DNA of 64,000 bases from Cyanobacteriota bacterium (GTDB lineage Bacteria; Cyanobacteriota; Cyanobacteriia; Cyanobacteriales; Nostocaceae). The number at the start of each line of letters is the position of its first letter. The stretch's first letter is position 1. Shown piece by piece: positions 1-8,673 of the stretch. Position numbers and translations under genes: made by a program. The stretch covers positions 20,141 to 84,140 of the forward strand of contig JBJOKS010000026.1 in assembly GCA_046045965.1 (NCBI GenBank). The letters are read 5' to 3'. The notes beneath the pieces are model-generated. The model saw only the letters and a program-made list of their open reading frames with translations, searched no databases and was not told the origin of the DNA.

Positions 1-18
1 AAGAAAAGTTAACTGATC

Positions 19-44
19 AGGGTACAGTGCTGTTACTGTACCCT
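19..44. terminator. Hairpin, probable terminator of the gene upstream of the window
   Basis: Perfect 10-bp inverted repeat AGGGTACAGT-N6-ACTGTACCCT. Confidence 0.45.
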
Positions 45-76
45 ATAAATTATTAAATAGTACCCAAAGGTTGAAA

Positions 77-406
77 ATGAAAACATACTATTACGTTTTG
101 GCTAGTCAACACTTTCTGCTCGAAGAAGAACCAATACACGAAGTGTTGAAAGAACGCACCCGTCACTACCACGAACAAGAAAAAGAAATAGATTTTTGGT
201 TAGTAAAAAACCCAGCTTTTCTAGAAGCACCGGAAATGGCAGCAAATAAAGCTAAGTGTCCTAAACCTCCGGTAGCAATTATTTCTACCAATTCTCAATT
301 TATAACCTGGTTAAAATTGCGGTTAGAGTATGTTATCACTGGAGAATTTCAGGCTCCTTCGGCAACAATTTCTGATGCTTTGGCATCTTTAACAACTGTG
401 TCATAA
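77..406 (+). CDS. ycf54: Ycf54, Mg-protoporphyrin monomethyl ester cyclase accessory protein
   Basis: MKTYYYVLASQHFLLEEEP..EVLKER..EIDFWLV..FITWLKLRLEYV is the Ycf54 pattern; ATG at 77 preferred over TTG at 71. Confidence 0.92.
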   Translation: MKTYYYVLASQHFLLEEEPIHEVLKERTRHYHEQEKEIDFWLVKNPAFLEAPEMAANKAKCPKPPVAIISTNSQFITWLKLRLEYVITGEFQAPSATISDALASLTTVS

Positions 407-448
407 ATTTAAGGCAGGGTGTAGGGTGTAAGGGGTAGGAACGGAAAA

Positions 449-520
449 CTTACTTCTTACTTCTTACTTCTTACTTCTTACTTCTTACTTCTTACTTCTT
501 ACTTCTTACTTCTTACTTCT
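449..520. repeat. STRR 7-mer tandem array (CTTACTT)~10
   Basis: Direct reading of the sequence. Confidence 0.9.
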
Positions 521-637
521 GCATTTTGCCTATTGCCTATTGCCTTCTGCCTATTCCCCGTTCCTTGATAACTAGGTCAAAACCAGACTAAACATATAAA
601 TTTAGGATTAATTTAGGATTATACAAGATTAAGTATC

Positions 638-1348
638 ATGTTATTACCAAAAGTTCATTTTTTACCAAGTGCTTTATTATTAGCGATAGCTCCTATAATT
701 GCTGGTATTAGTCCTGTCTTATCCCAACCAGCCATTCCTGCTTGTCAACCTCCAAGTGCTGGGGAATATCTCTTATTAGTTGTTAGTCCCACAGCTAATA
801 ATCAACAACAGTTACGTAGTGCATTGCCGTCAGAGCTTAAAACTGTTACCTGTAAATATCTGAATGAAACAGTAACACGGGTTGGCGGGTTTAACAAAAT
901 TGATGATGCCAACCGCTGGGCAAGGTATGTTAACAATGTTGTTGGCTTGTCTGCTATTATTACGACTCGACCAACAGCAGCAACCACAGCACCAGCAACC
1001 ATCGCACCAACAACCATCGCACCAACAACAGTCACACCAGCAATAATCCCAACAGCAAATTTACCAACTCAGACACTCAGCTATAATCCCAGAGTATTGG
1101 GAGAAGGTTTTGCTGTGTTGGTAGATTATTTCAACCGCCCGGAACTGGCAAATAATTTACAAAGATTGGTAGGAGGTAATGTTGGTCTTGTTTCCTATGG
1201 ACAACGCCCTTACTTGTTAGCTGTTTATACTACTAACCAAACAGAGGCATATAAGACATTACAAAAACTGAATGAAAATGGTTTTTTTGCTCTCTTAGCA
1301 GACGGTAGAAAAGTCATGTTACTGCGTTCAGTTGTCACAGTAAGGTAA
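638..1348 (+). CDS. Conserved cyanobacterial exported hypothetical protein (two SPOR-like halves, Thr/Ala/Pro linker)
   Basis: Signal-peptide-like N-terminus; low-complexity TTAPATIAP linker. Confidence 0.7.
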   Translation: MLLPKVHFLPSALLLAIAPIIAGISPVLSQPAIPACQPPSAGEYLLLVVSPTANNQQQLRSALPSELKTVTCKYLNETVTRVGGFNKIDDANRWARYVNNVVGLSAIITTRPTAATTAPATIAPTTIAPTTVTPAIIPTANLPTQTLSYNPRVLGEGFAVLVDYFNRPELANNLQRLVGGNVGLVSYGQRPYLLAVYTTNQTEAYKTLQKLNENGFFALLADGRKVMLLRSVVTVR

Positions 1349-1418
1349 TTGGTAATTGGTGATTATTGCTCCCCTATTCCCTCTTCCCTTCTTACTGTCA
1401 CCTGTCACCTGTCAACTG

Positions 1419-1883
1419 TCACCTTACAAAATAAGCGGCTCTAGCCAACCAAGAAATGGTAATACCCAAAGCCGAACCAACTATGACTTGAACTGGTGTA
1501 TGTCCAAGTAGTTCCTTGAGACGGTCTTGGAAAAAGTCTGGTTTTTCATGAAATAATTCATCAATCATTTGATTGAGTATCCGCGCTTGCTTACCAGCGG
1601 CTTGGCGCACTCCAGCTGCGTCGTACATAACAATAATGGCAAAAACCGCAGCTACAGCAAAATCAGGAGATGCCCAACCGATAGTCTGCCCAACACCAGC
1701 TGCTAAAGCTGTGACTAAGGCTGAATGGGCGCTGGGCATACCTCCGGTAGTCACTAAAACACGCACATCTATTTTGCGATGTTTGATGACTTCAACGATG
1801 AGTTTTAATCCTTGAGCTACAAAACAAGCTACAAGAGCAACCAGCAGCACCCGGTTGTTGAGAATGTCGCCTATGTCCTGCAT
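1419..1883 (-). CDS. Divergent PAP2 family (DUF212) membrane protein
   Basis: TGGMPSAHSA, VMYDAAGVR and LKELLGHTP motifs; usual position after crtE. Confidence 0.9.
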   Translation of the reverse strand: MQDIGDILNNRVLLVALVACFVAQGLKLIVEVIKHRKIDVRVLVTTGGMPSAHSALVTALAAGVGQTIGWASPDFAVAAVFAIIVMYDAAGVRQAAGKQARILNQMIDELFHEKPDFFQDRLKELLGHTPVQVIVGSALGITISWLARAAYFVR

Positions 1884-2074
1884 GGTTTTTAGTTACGTAA
1901 TGAAATTTGAGCAGTGGTTGTGTGTCGAGGAGCAGTTTTTTACACCAGCAATCAGTATTCAAACCATTTTGGTGGATGATTTGGTGACTAAATTTTGTAC
2001 TCAAGATTTTAAATTTGAGATTGTTTAATCCCAAATCCCAAATCCCAAATCCAAAATTCTTCTGTCTGTTGACG

Positions 2075-3004
2075 TTAGTGATTACGATTGATGATAAAGT
2101 GAGCGATCGCTTGCAGAGGGACTGCTTTTTCTCCAAAGCTTTCGAGTTCTGCACAAGCTTGGTCAACCAGTTCTTTGGCTTTGGTGCGTGATTCTTCAAT
2201 TCCCCACAAGCTGGGATAGGTGACTTTCTCGGCTTTCAGGTCTTTACCTGCGGTTTTGCCTAGTTGTTCTTGGGTAGCGGTGATATCGAGAATATCATCG
2301 ATGATTTGAAATGCTAGACCAATGTTTTGAGAATAACGAGTTAATTTTTGTACGGCTTCGGGAGATACGCCGGCGATAATTCCCCCGCACACAACACAAG
2401 CTTCTAATAGGGCAGCTGTTTTGTGGTTATGAATAAAATTCAGGGTTTCTAAGGAAGTATCCGATTTACCTTCCGATTCTAAATCTACCACTTGACCACC
2501 AACTAAACCAGCAGCCCCCAGTGCCTGAGCCAGACGAGCAATTACTTGTAAAGTTCTTTCTATTGGTACATTTTGGGGGGTTTTAGTAGCTACAAACTCA
2601 AATGCCAAAGCTAACAAGCCATCTCCTGCCAAAATGGCGATATCTTCACCATAGACTTTGTGATTTGTCAACTTACCACGACGATAATCGTCATTATCCA
2701 TTGCTGGTAAGTCATCATGAATCAAAGACATGGTGTGAAGCATTTCTACAGCACAAGCTGTTGGCATGGCCATGTCAATAGTGCCACCAATCATTTCACT
2801 GGTAGCAAGGCAAAGAATAGGGCGGACACGCTTGCCTCCTGCTAAGAGTGAGTAGCGCATAGCTTCGTAAATCTTTTCTGGATAAATGATAGGAATAGCT
2901 TGATCTAATGCAGTATCACAAAGCTTTTGTCGTTCTTTGAGATAGGCAGCGAGGTTAAACTGGGCTGGCTCTGATGTCTTTTGAAAGTTATCTGTTGCTA
3001 CCAT
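2075..3004 (-). CDS. crtE: Geranylgeranyl diphosphate synthase
   Basis: [39 protein letters not shown]. Confidence 0.93.
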   Translation of the reverse strand: MVATDNFQKTSEPAQFNLAAYLKERQKLCDTALDQAIPIIYPEKIYEAMRYSLLAGGKRVRPILCLATSEMIGGTIDMAMPTACAVEMLHTMSLIHDDLPAMDNDDYRRGKLTNHKVYGEDIAILAGDGLLALAFEFVATKTPQNVPIERTLQVIARLAQALGAAGLVGGQVVDLESEGKSDTSLETLNFIHNHKTAALLEACVVCGGIIAGVSPEAVQKLTRYSQNIGLAFQIIDDILDITATQEQLGKTAGKDLKAEKVTYPSLWGIEESRTKAKELVDQACAELESFGEKAVPLQAIAHFIINRNH

Positions 3005-3322
3005 GCTTACATTCCTAAAATTTTCGGTTTATGGTGATATGTGTGACAATTTTACGTTGCTCTAGGGTTGAAACGCTCAATGATGTTTCAATTTTAGATT
3101 TTAGATTTTAGATTTTAGATTTTAGTCTGATTCCAGAGTTGAAACTAGGGAATTTGACTAAAAAATCTCAAATAGACTCAGTAACTGAGAAATTATCGAA
3201 ACAATCAGGTCTAAAACCGGACTTCGTCCAAAGTTTTTGTAGCTTGGCATCAATCCCCGTTACAAAAACGGCCTCCTGCCCCCTGCCTCCTGCCTCCTGC
3301 CTCCTGCCTTGGTTAACACTGC

Positions 3323-4207
3323 TTAATTCCTGGTTGTCTGCAAATAGCTAGAAACTGTATTTTGCAATAACATGGCCACTGTCATTGGACCAATACCACC
3401 GGGAACTGGGGTAATATATTCTGCCACACTAGCAGTTGCGGCAAAATCGATATCGCCAATTAAACGACTTTTACCACCGCTATCAGTAATGCGATTTATC
3501 CCCACATCTACCACAACAGCGCCCAGTTTCACCATTTCGGCAGTGATTAATCCGGGAATACCTGCTGCTGCAATAAGAATATCAGCGTTTTGGGTGATGG
3601 TTTTGAGGTCTTGGGTGCGTGAGTGGGCAATAGTGACCGTAGCATCAGCCTCTAACAGCATTAATGCCATTGGCTTACCAACTAAAATACTACGTCCTAC
3701 TACTACTGCTTGTTTTCCCACTAGGGGAATTTTATATTCTTCTAGCAGTCGCATCACTCCCGCTGGTGTGCAACTGCGTAAACCTGGTTCACCCCGCACT
3801 AAGCGTCCTAAGTTAATGGGGTGGAGTCCATCAGCGTCTTTATCCGGTGCAATTTTATGTAAAAGGCTTATTGCATCTAAATGACTAGGTAGAGGCAACT
3901 GTACCAGAATTCCGTCTACTCTTTCATCTTGGTTAAGTTCCGCAATTACTTCTTCTAGTTCAGTTTGGCTGGTTTGAGTAGGAAAATGTTTACCAAAAGA
4001 GGTAATTCCCACTTTAGCGCACGCTTTTTCTTTGTTGCTAACATAAGCTGCTGAGGCGGGGTTATCACCTACCATCAACACTGCTAAACCCGGAGGTCGG
4101 CCAATTTTCGGTTGTAATTCTGTAATAGTAGCAGCCAATTCTTTCTGAATTTTAGCGGCTAATGCTTTACCATCAAGGATTTTCGCGGTTTGTGTTTCCA
4201 TTGTCAT
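3323..4207 (-). CDS. folD: Bifunctional methylene-THF dehydrogenase/cyclohydrolase
   Basis: [42 protein letters not shown]; the start may be the second Met at 4201. Confidence 0.96.
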   Translation of the reverse strand: MTMETQTAKILDGKALAAKIQKELAATITELQPKIGRPPGLAVLMVGDNPASAAYVSNKEKACAKVGITSFGKHFPTQTSQTELEEVIAELNQDERVDGILVQLPLPSHLDAISLLHKIAPDKDADGLHPINLGRLVRGEPGLRSCTPAGVMRLLEEYKIPLVGKQAVVVGRSILVGKPMALMLLEADATVTIAHSRTQDLKTITQNADILIAAAGIPGLITAEMVKLGAVVVDVGINRITDSGGKSRLIGDIDFAATASVAEYITPVPGGIGPMTVAMLLQNTVSSYLQTTRN

Positions 4208-4366
4208 TAGTCATTAGTCATTAGTCATTGGTGATTGGTCATTGGTAAAACCTTTTCCCAGTCCCCAGTCAATGACTATTTTCTCAGATTAACTGCGTCA
4301 AATGAAGGATAAAGAATAGATAGTATGAATAAAAACTTGAAGAAACTGGTGACAAGGTAAAGATTA

Positions 4367-4789
4367 ATGCAAAAATTCTCTCAATTGCGTGCTTTTCAAC
4401 AACAAACACAACGTACTTCTCACAGATTCTTTCACCAAGGATTAGCATTTTTTATGGTGGTGGGACTTTGTAGCTGTGCTAACGGTAAACCTGGTGAATT
4501 GAATTTACAAAATCTGAGGATTGGCGCTAATGTTACACCAATTAAGGAAATTACACCAGCACAGGATAACCAAGCTACTGTTTACATTCAAGGGAAAATA
4601 GAACAACACGCTCCTTTCATCAAACAGCAAGCATATCAAATTGCTGATTCAACTGGTAAAATCTGGGTTGTGACTAATCAAAGTAATCTAAAAGTTGGAC
4701 AAGATGTAGTATTAAAAGGTAAAGTAAAATACAAAAGTATCCCGTTGGCTGGACAAGAGTTTGGGGAAGTTTATTTAGAAGAACAATAA
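4367..4789 (+). CDS. Putative lipoprotein with OB-fold-like C-terminal domain
   Basis: Lipobox-like LCSC; VYIQGKI..YQIADSTGKIWV beta pattern. Confidence 0.6.
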   Translation: MQKFSQLRAFQQQTQRTSHRFFHQGLAFFMVVGLCSCANGKPGELNLQNLRIGANVTPIKEITPAQDNQATVYIQGKIEQHAPFIKQQAYQIADSTGKIWVVTNQSNLKVGQDVVLKGKVKYKSIPLAGQEFGEVYLEEQ

Positions 4790-4791
4790 TT

Positions 4792-5253
4792 ATGAATCAT
4801 AAATTACCAGAAGTAGCTATTGCTATTCTCTACCAAGATAACAAATATCTGATGCAGCTACGGGACAATATCCCCAATATAGCTGCTCCTGGTTGTTGGG
4901 GATTATTCGGTGGACATTTAGAACCAGGTGAAACCCCAGAAACAGCACTTGTGCGAGAAGTTATTGAAGAAATTGGTTATGAATTACCATCTTTTGCCAA
5001 ATTTGGAATTTATGCCGATGAAAAAGTTATTCGTTATGTTTTTCAAGCACCATTGTTAGTAGGATTAGATCAACTGGTTTTAAATGAAGGGTGGGATATG
5101 GGATTATTAACACCGGAAGATATTGAACGGGGTAGTTGTTATTCAACAATAGCTGGAGAAGTCAGACCTTTAGGAGTTCCTCAGCAACAAATTATGCTGG
5201 ATTTTATTAATCAAGAATTCAGGAGTCGTTCAATTTTGGATTTTAGATTTTAG
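4792..5253 (+). CDS. NUDIX hydrolase
   Basis: Nudix box GGHLEPGETPETALVREVIEEIG. Confidence 0.93.
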   Translation: MNHKLPEVAIAILYQDNKYLMQLRDNIPNIAAPGCWGLFGGHLEPGETPETALVREVIEEIGYELPSFAKFGIYADEKVIRYVFQAPLLVGLDQLVLNEGWDMGLLTPEDIERGSCYSTIAGEVRPLGVPQQQIMLDFINQEFRSRSILDFRF

Positions 5254-5342
5254 ATTTTGGATTGATGTCATGGATAAATTAACACACCTATTCATAGACA
5301 TTTTCTGCAATAATCAATTAATAAATTTGATAAATATATCCT

Positions 5343-6440
5343 ATGCAAATCACAAATAAACTACCGCGCTGGTTAAGCGTAGGTTTAGCTTTTCCTATTA
5401 TCATTCTTAATGGATGGTTATTAATTCAGGTTGTCAAATATTTTCAACCTTTGGTAAGCGTTATTTCTGTCGCCATCTTGTTATCTTTTGTTTTAGATTA
5501 CCCCATCAAATTCTTTCATAAACGCGGAGTTCCTCGGAATTTAGCTATTGTTGGAGTCTTACTTTTAGCAGTAGTAATTTTGGGGGCTGTCGGGGTAATT
5601 TTAGTACCCTTGATTTTCCAACAACTCAACGAATTAGTTAATATTCTTCCGGTTTGGATTGATTCAGGAACTCAACAATTACAAGCTTTTTTAAATTGGG
5701 CTGCTACACAACAAGATTTACCTGTAAATATTAGTGGTTTGGCTACCCAGTTATTAGAGAAAATATCCAATCAATTTCAGTCTTTTACTGGTAAAATTCT
5801 AGGCTTGGCATTTGATACAATTGGATTTTTAGTTAATTTACTACTGGCAATTGTTTTAACGATTTATTTAATTTTAAATGGTGAAAAATTGTGGAATGGA
5901 ATTTATCTATGGTTTCCCGCACATATTAGTACAAAAGTCAGAACATCACTTAAAGAAGATTTCCAAAATTATTTTATTGGTCAAGCGGTATTAGGATCTA
6001 TTTTAGCTGTCACAGTTACATTAGCATTTGTGGCTTTAAGAATTCCGTTGGCGTTACTTTTTGGAATTGCGATTGGGTTTTTCTCACTCTTTCCTTTTGG
6101 TACGGGAATTGGTATTGGTATTGTCAGTTTATTGGTAGCTTTAGAGAATTTTTGGGAAGGGGTAGAAGTTGCAGCTATAGCGGTGACAATTGATCAAATA
6201 AATTCTAATATTGTTGCACCGAGATTGTTAGGAAATTTAACAGGTTTAAATCCTGTTTGGGTGGTAATTTCTTTATTAATTGGTGCGAAGTTGGGTGGGG
6301 TTTTGGGTTTGTTGGTGGCTATTCCTATCGCTAGTTTTATTAAGGATATTGCTGATAGTTGGCGGGCGGGTGAGTTGAAGAAAGTGGATGAGGTTGATGG
6401 TAGTGTAAGTGAAATTCAGAAAAGTGTGGAAGTAAGTTGA
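5343..6440 (+). CDS. AI-2E family (PerM) transporter
   Basis: Multi-TM profile; APRLLG..GLNPVWVVISLLIGAKLGGVLGLLVAIP. Confidence 0.9.
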   Translation: MQITNKLPRWLSVGLAFPIIILNGWLLIQVVKYFQPLVSVISVAILLSFVLDYPIKFFHKRGVPRNLAIVGVLLLAVVILGAVGVILVPLIFQQLNELVNILPVWIDSGTQQLQAFLNWAATQQDLPVNISGLATQLLEKISNQFQSFTGKILGLAFDTIGFLVNLLLAIVLTIYLILNGEKLWNGIYLWFPAHISTKVRTSLKEDFQNYFIGQAVLGSILAVTVTLAFVALRIPLALLFGIAIGFFSLFPFGTGIGIGIVSLLVALENFWEGVEVAAIAVTIDQINSNIVAPRLLGNLTGLNPVWVVISLLIGAKLGGVLGLLVAIPIASFIKDIADSWRAGELKKVDEVDGSVSEIQKSVEVS

Positions 6441-6565
6441 TTATTGCGATCGCTTGTTTACAACTATCATATCAAAAATGACTGAATCAAGCAGTAACAT
6501 AGAAGCAGAATAAAGACAATTTGATTTATATTACAAATATATCAATTCTTCTGTTACCTGCTACA

Positions 6566-6733
6566 CCCGCAAGGAAATGAATTTCCTTGCTAATAGTTCA
6601 AGTAGGTTAAAACCTACTATTTTTCACTGAAATTGAAACCAGAATTGATGTCAAAATATATTATAATTAATGGAAATAGAAATAGTCGGTTTTAACCGAC
6701 TTCAGCTATGAGACAGGGAATTAATTCCCTGGC
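6566..6733. repeat. Inverted pair of ~55-nt double-hairpin REP-like elements (REPIN/MITE-like)
   Basis: 6566-6620 and 6681-6733 are inverted relatives, each with two palindromes; a third copy lies at ~25352-25405. Confidence 0.7.
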
Positions 6734-6760
6734 TTGATTAAAATATATTTGGTGTTAATT

Positions 6761-8005
6761 ATGTTGAAAAAACTCATTCTCGAAAATTGGAAAAGTTTCC
6801 GTTATGCAGAACTTCCCCTTGATCCTTTAACTGTACTTATTGGAACTAATGCAAGTGGTAAGTCTAATGTGGTTGAAGCTTTGGAATTTTTGCAAAGAAT
6901 AGCTAATGGTGAAAATATTGAAACAGCTTTAGCAGGAGATAGAAGACTTCCTTCTATTCGTGGTGGTGTTGAATTAGCTGCGAGGAAAGGTGAAAATGAA
7001 TTTACTGTAAAAGTATGTTTATCAAATAATAATATGGATGATTATTTATATGTAATAGAATTAAAGACAGTACCTGAAATTCTTATGATAGAAGAATATA
7101 TAGATAGCTATGAATGTGATACAAATAAAATAACAGGGAGATATACCCTAAATCAAGTAAATTTTAATATCAGAAGTGGAATGAAAAGAAAAACCCGTAG
7201 TCTAGATTTAGGTGATCTCAAAATAAGTGGCATTGATGTTATTGTTCAAAATGGTATTCAACTACCAATAGAAGAGTTAGATGAACAATTCTTCCCTGGG
7301 AAATATAAAGCACAAGATATAGTTTTATCCAACTTAGAAAATATCTTAATTCTTAATCCTCTTCCATCTACAATGCGTGATTATTCCAGACTTTCTGAAA
7401 ACCTAGAAAGCGATAGTTCAAATATTGCTGGAGTATTAGCAGCATTACCAGATGACAAAAAAGCAGAAGTTGAAAACACCCTATCTGAATATATTAAATA
7501 TTTACCAGAAGGTGATATAAAAAAAGTATGGGCTGAACCAGTTGGAAGACTGAAAACAGATGCAATGTTATACTGTCAAGAAGAATGGAAACCAGGAGAA
7601 ATTACAGAAATTGATGCTAAAAGTATGTCAGATGGAACATTGCGATTTCTAGCAATACTCACAGCATTATTAACCCGTCCCGAAGGTAGTCAAATTGTAA
7701 TTGAAGAAATAGATAATGGTTTACATCCTTCCCGTGCAGCATTATTAGTAAAAATATTAAAAGAAATTGGTAGTAAACGCAATATTGATATTTTATTAAC
7801 TACTCATAACCCAGCTTTACTGGATGCTTTTGGTTCTGAAATAGTTCCGTTTGTAGTTGTCGCACATCGAGATTTAGAAACTGGAGAAAGTAAACTTACC
7901 CTTTTAGAAGATATTGAAAATTTCCCCAAATTATTTGCTTCCTATTCCCTGGGACAAATGACAACAAAAGGCGCAATTGAACGCAGTCTTTCTCATGGTG
8001 TATAA
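6761..8005 (+). CDS. ABC-type (AAA_21/AAA_15-like) ATPase, putative defence component
   Basis: Walker A GTNASGKS, signature SMSDGT, Walker B/D-loop IVIEEIDNGLHP, H-loop TTHNP; no TM segments; ATG at 6761. Confidence 0.88.
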   Translation: MLKKLILENWKSFRYAELPLDPLTVLIGTNASGKSNVVEALEFLQRIANGENIETALAGDRRLPSIRGGVELAARKGENEFTVKVCLSNNNMDDYLYVIELKTVPEILMIEEYIDSYECDTNKITGRYTLNQVNFNIRSGMKRKTRSLDLGDLKISGIDVIVQNGIQLPIEELDEQFFPGKYKAQDIVLSNLENILILNPLPSTMRDYSRLSENLESDSSNIAGVLAALPDDKKAEVENTLSEYIKYLPEGDIKKVWAEPVGRLKTDAMLYCQEEWKPGEITEIDAKSMSDGTLRFLAILTALLTRPEGSQIVIEEIDNGLHPSRAALLVKILKEIGSKRNIDILLTTHNPALLDAFGSEIVPFVVVAHRDLETGESKLTLLEDIENFPKLFASYSLGQMTTKGAIERSLSHGV

Positions 8006-8026
8006 TTGGGGGAATAATTTAAAAAA

Positions 8027-8542
8027 ATGAGAAAAGTTTTATTAATAGATACGTCTTTATTGTGCGTTTGGTTAAAAGTTCCAGGTAAAGAAACTGCGGG
8101 TAATAATAAATGGGATTTTGAAAGTGTTAATGATAAAATCAAATTAGAAATAGAAAAAGGAACAACCTTGGTACTTCCTTTAGCTACAGTTATAGAAACA
8201 GGAAATCATATTGCACAAGCGAAAAGCGGCGATAAATGGACATCATCTGAAAAATTTGCAAAAATTATGATTTTTGCTGCTGATGAAACCAGTCCTTGGG
8301 CTGCTTTTCGTGAACAAATTATATTATGGGAAGCAGAAGAATTAAAAAAGTTAGCTGCTACATTTCCCAAGCAAGCTGTACAAAATACCTCAATGGGTGA
8401 TGCTAGTATTGTTGTCCTGGGGTGGTATTATTATAGTGAAAAAGGTTTTCATGTAGAATTTCTCACAGATGATGAAAAATTGAAATCTCAAGAACCTCCA
8501 CCACCAACCACACCTACCCGTCGTAGTAGTCGCAGCAAATAA
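8027..8542 (+). CDS. PIN-domain-like protein (putative RNase)
   Basis: PIN acidic pattern LIDTS / VIETGNH / SMGDASI / FLTDD; 21 nt after the ATPase stop. Confidence 0.7.
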   Translation: MRKVLLIDTSLLCVWLKVPGKETAGNNKWDFESVNDKIKLEIEKGTTLVLPLATVIETGNHIAQAKSGDKWTSSEKFAKIMIFAADETSPWAAFREQIILWEAEELKKLAATFPKQAVQNTSMGDASIVVLGWYYYSEKGFHVEFLTDDEKLKSQEPPPPTTPTRRSSRSK

Positions 8543-8673
8543 CAATATCTCTCTTTGCGTCTTTGCGTCTTTGCGTGAGAAAAAAATAAATAAACTTTAA
8601 GCGATCGCCCCCAATCCCCACATCACGCTATCATCAGAAATAGTGCCTAAACTGTGCAACCTCAGCATCTACC

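Noticed and set aside
802..3884. Antisense or overlapping ORFs (802-1035, 1573-1815, 1792-2199, 3139-3351, 3372-3884)
   Set aside because: Shadows of well-supported genes or read-through of repeats; the same applies to similar short ORFs across the window
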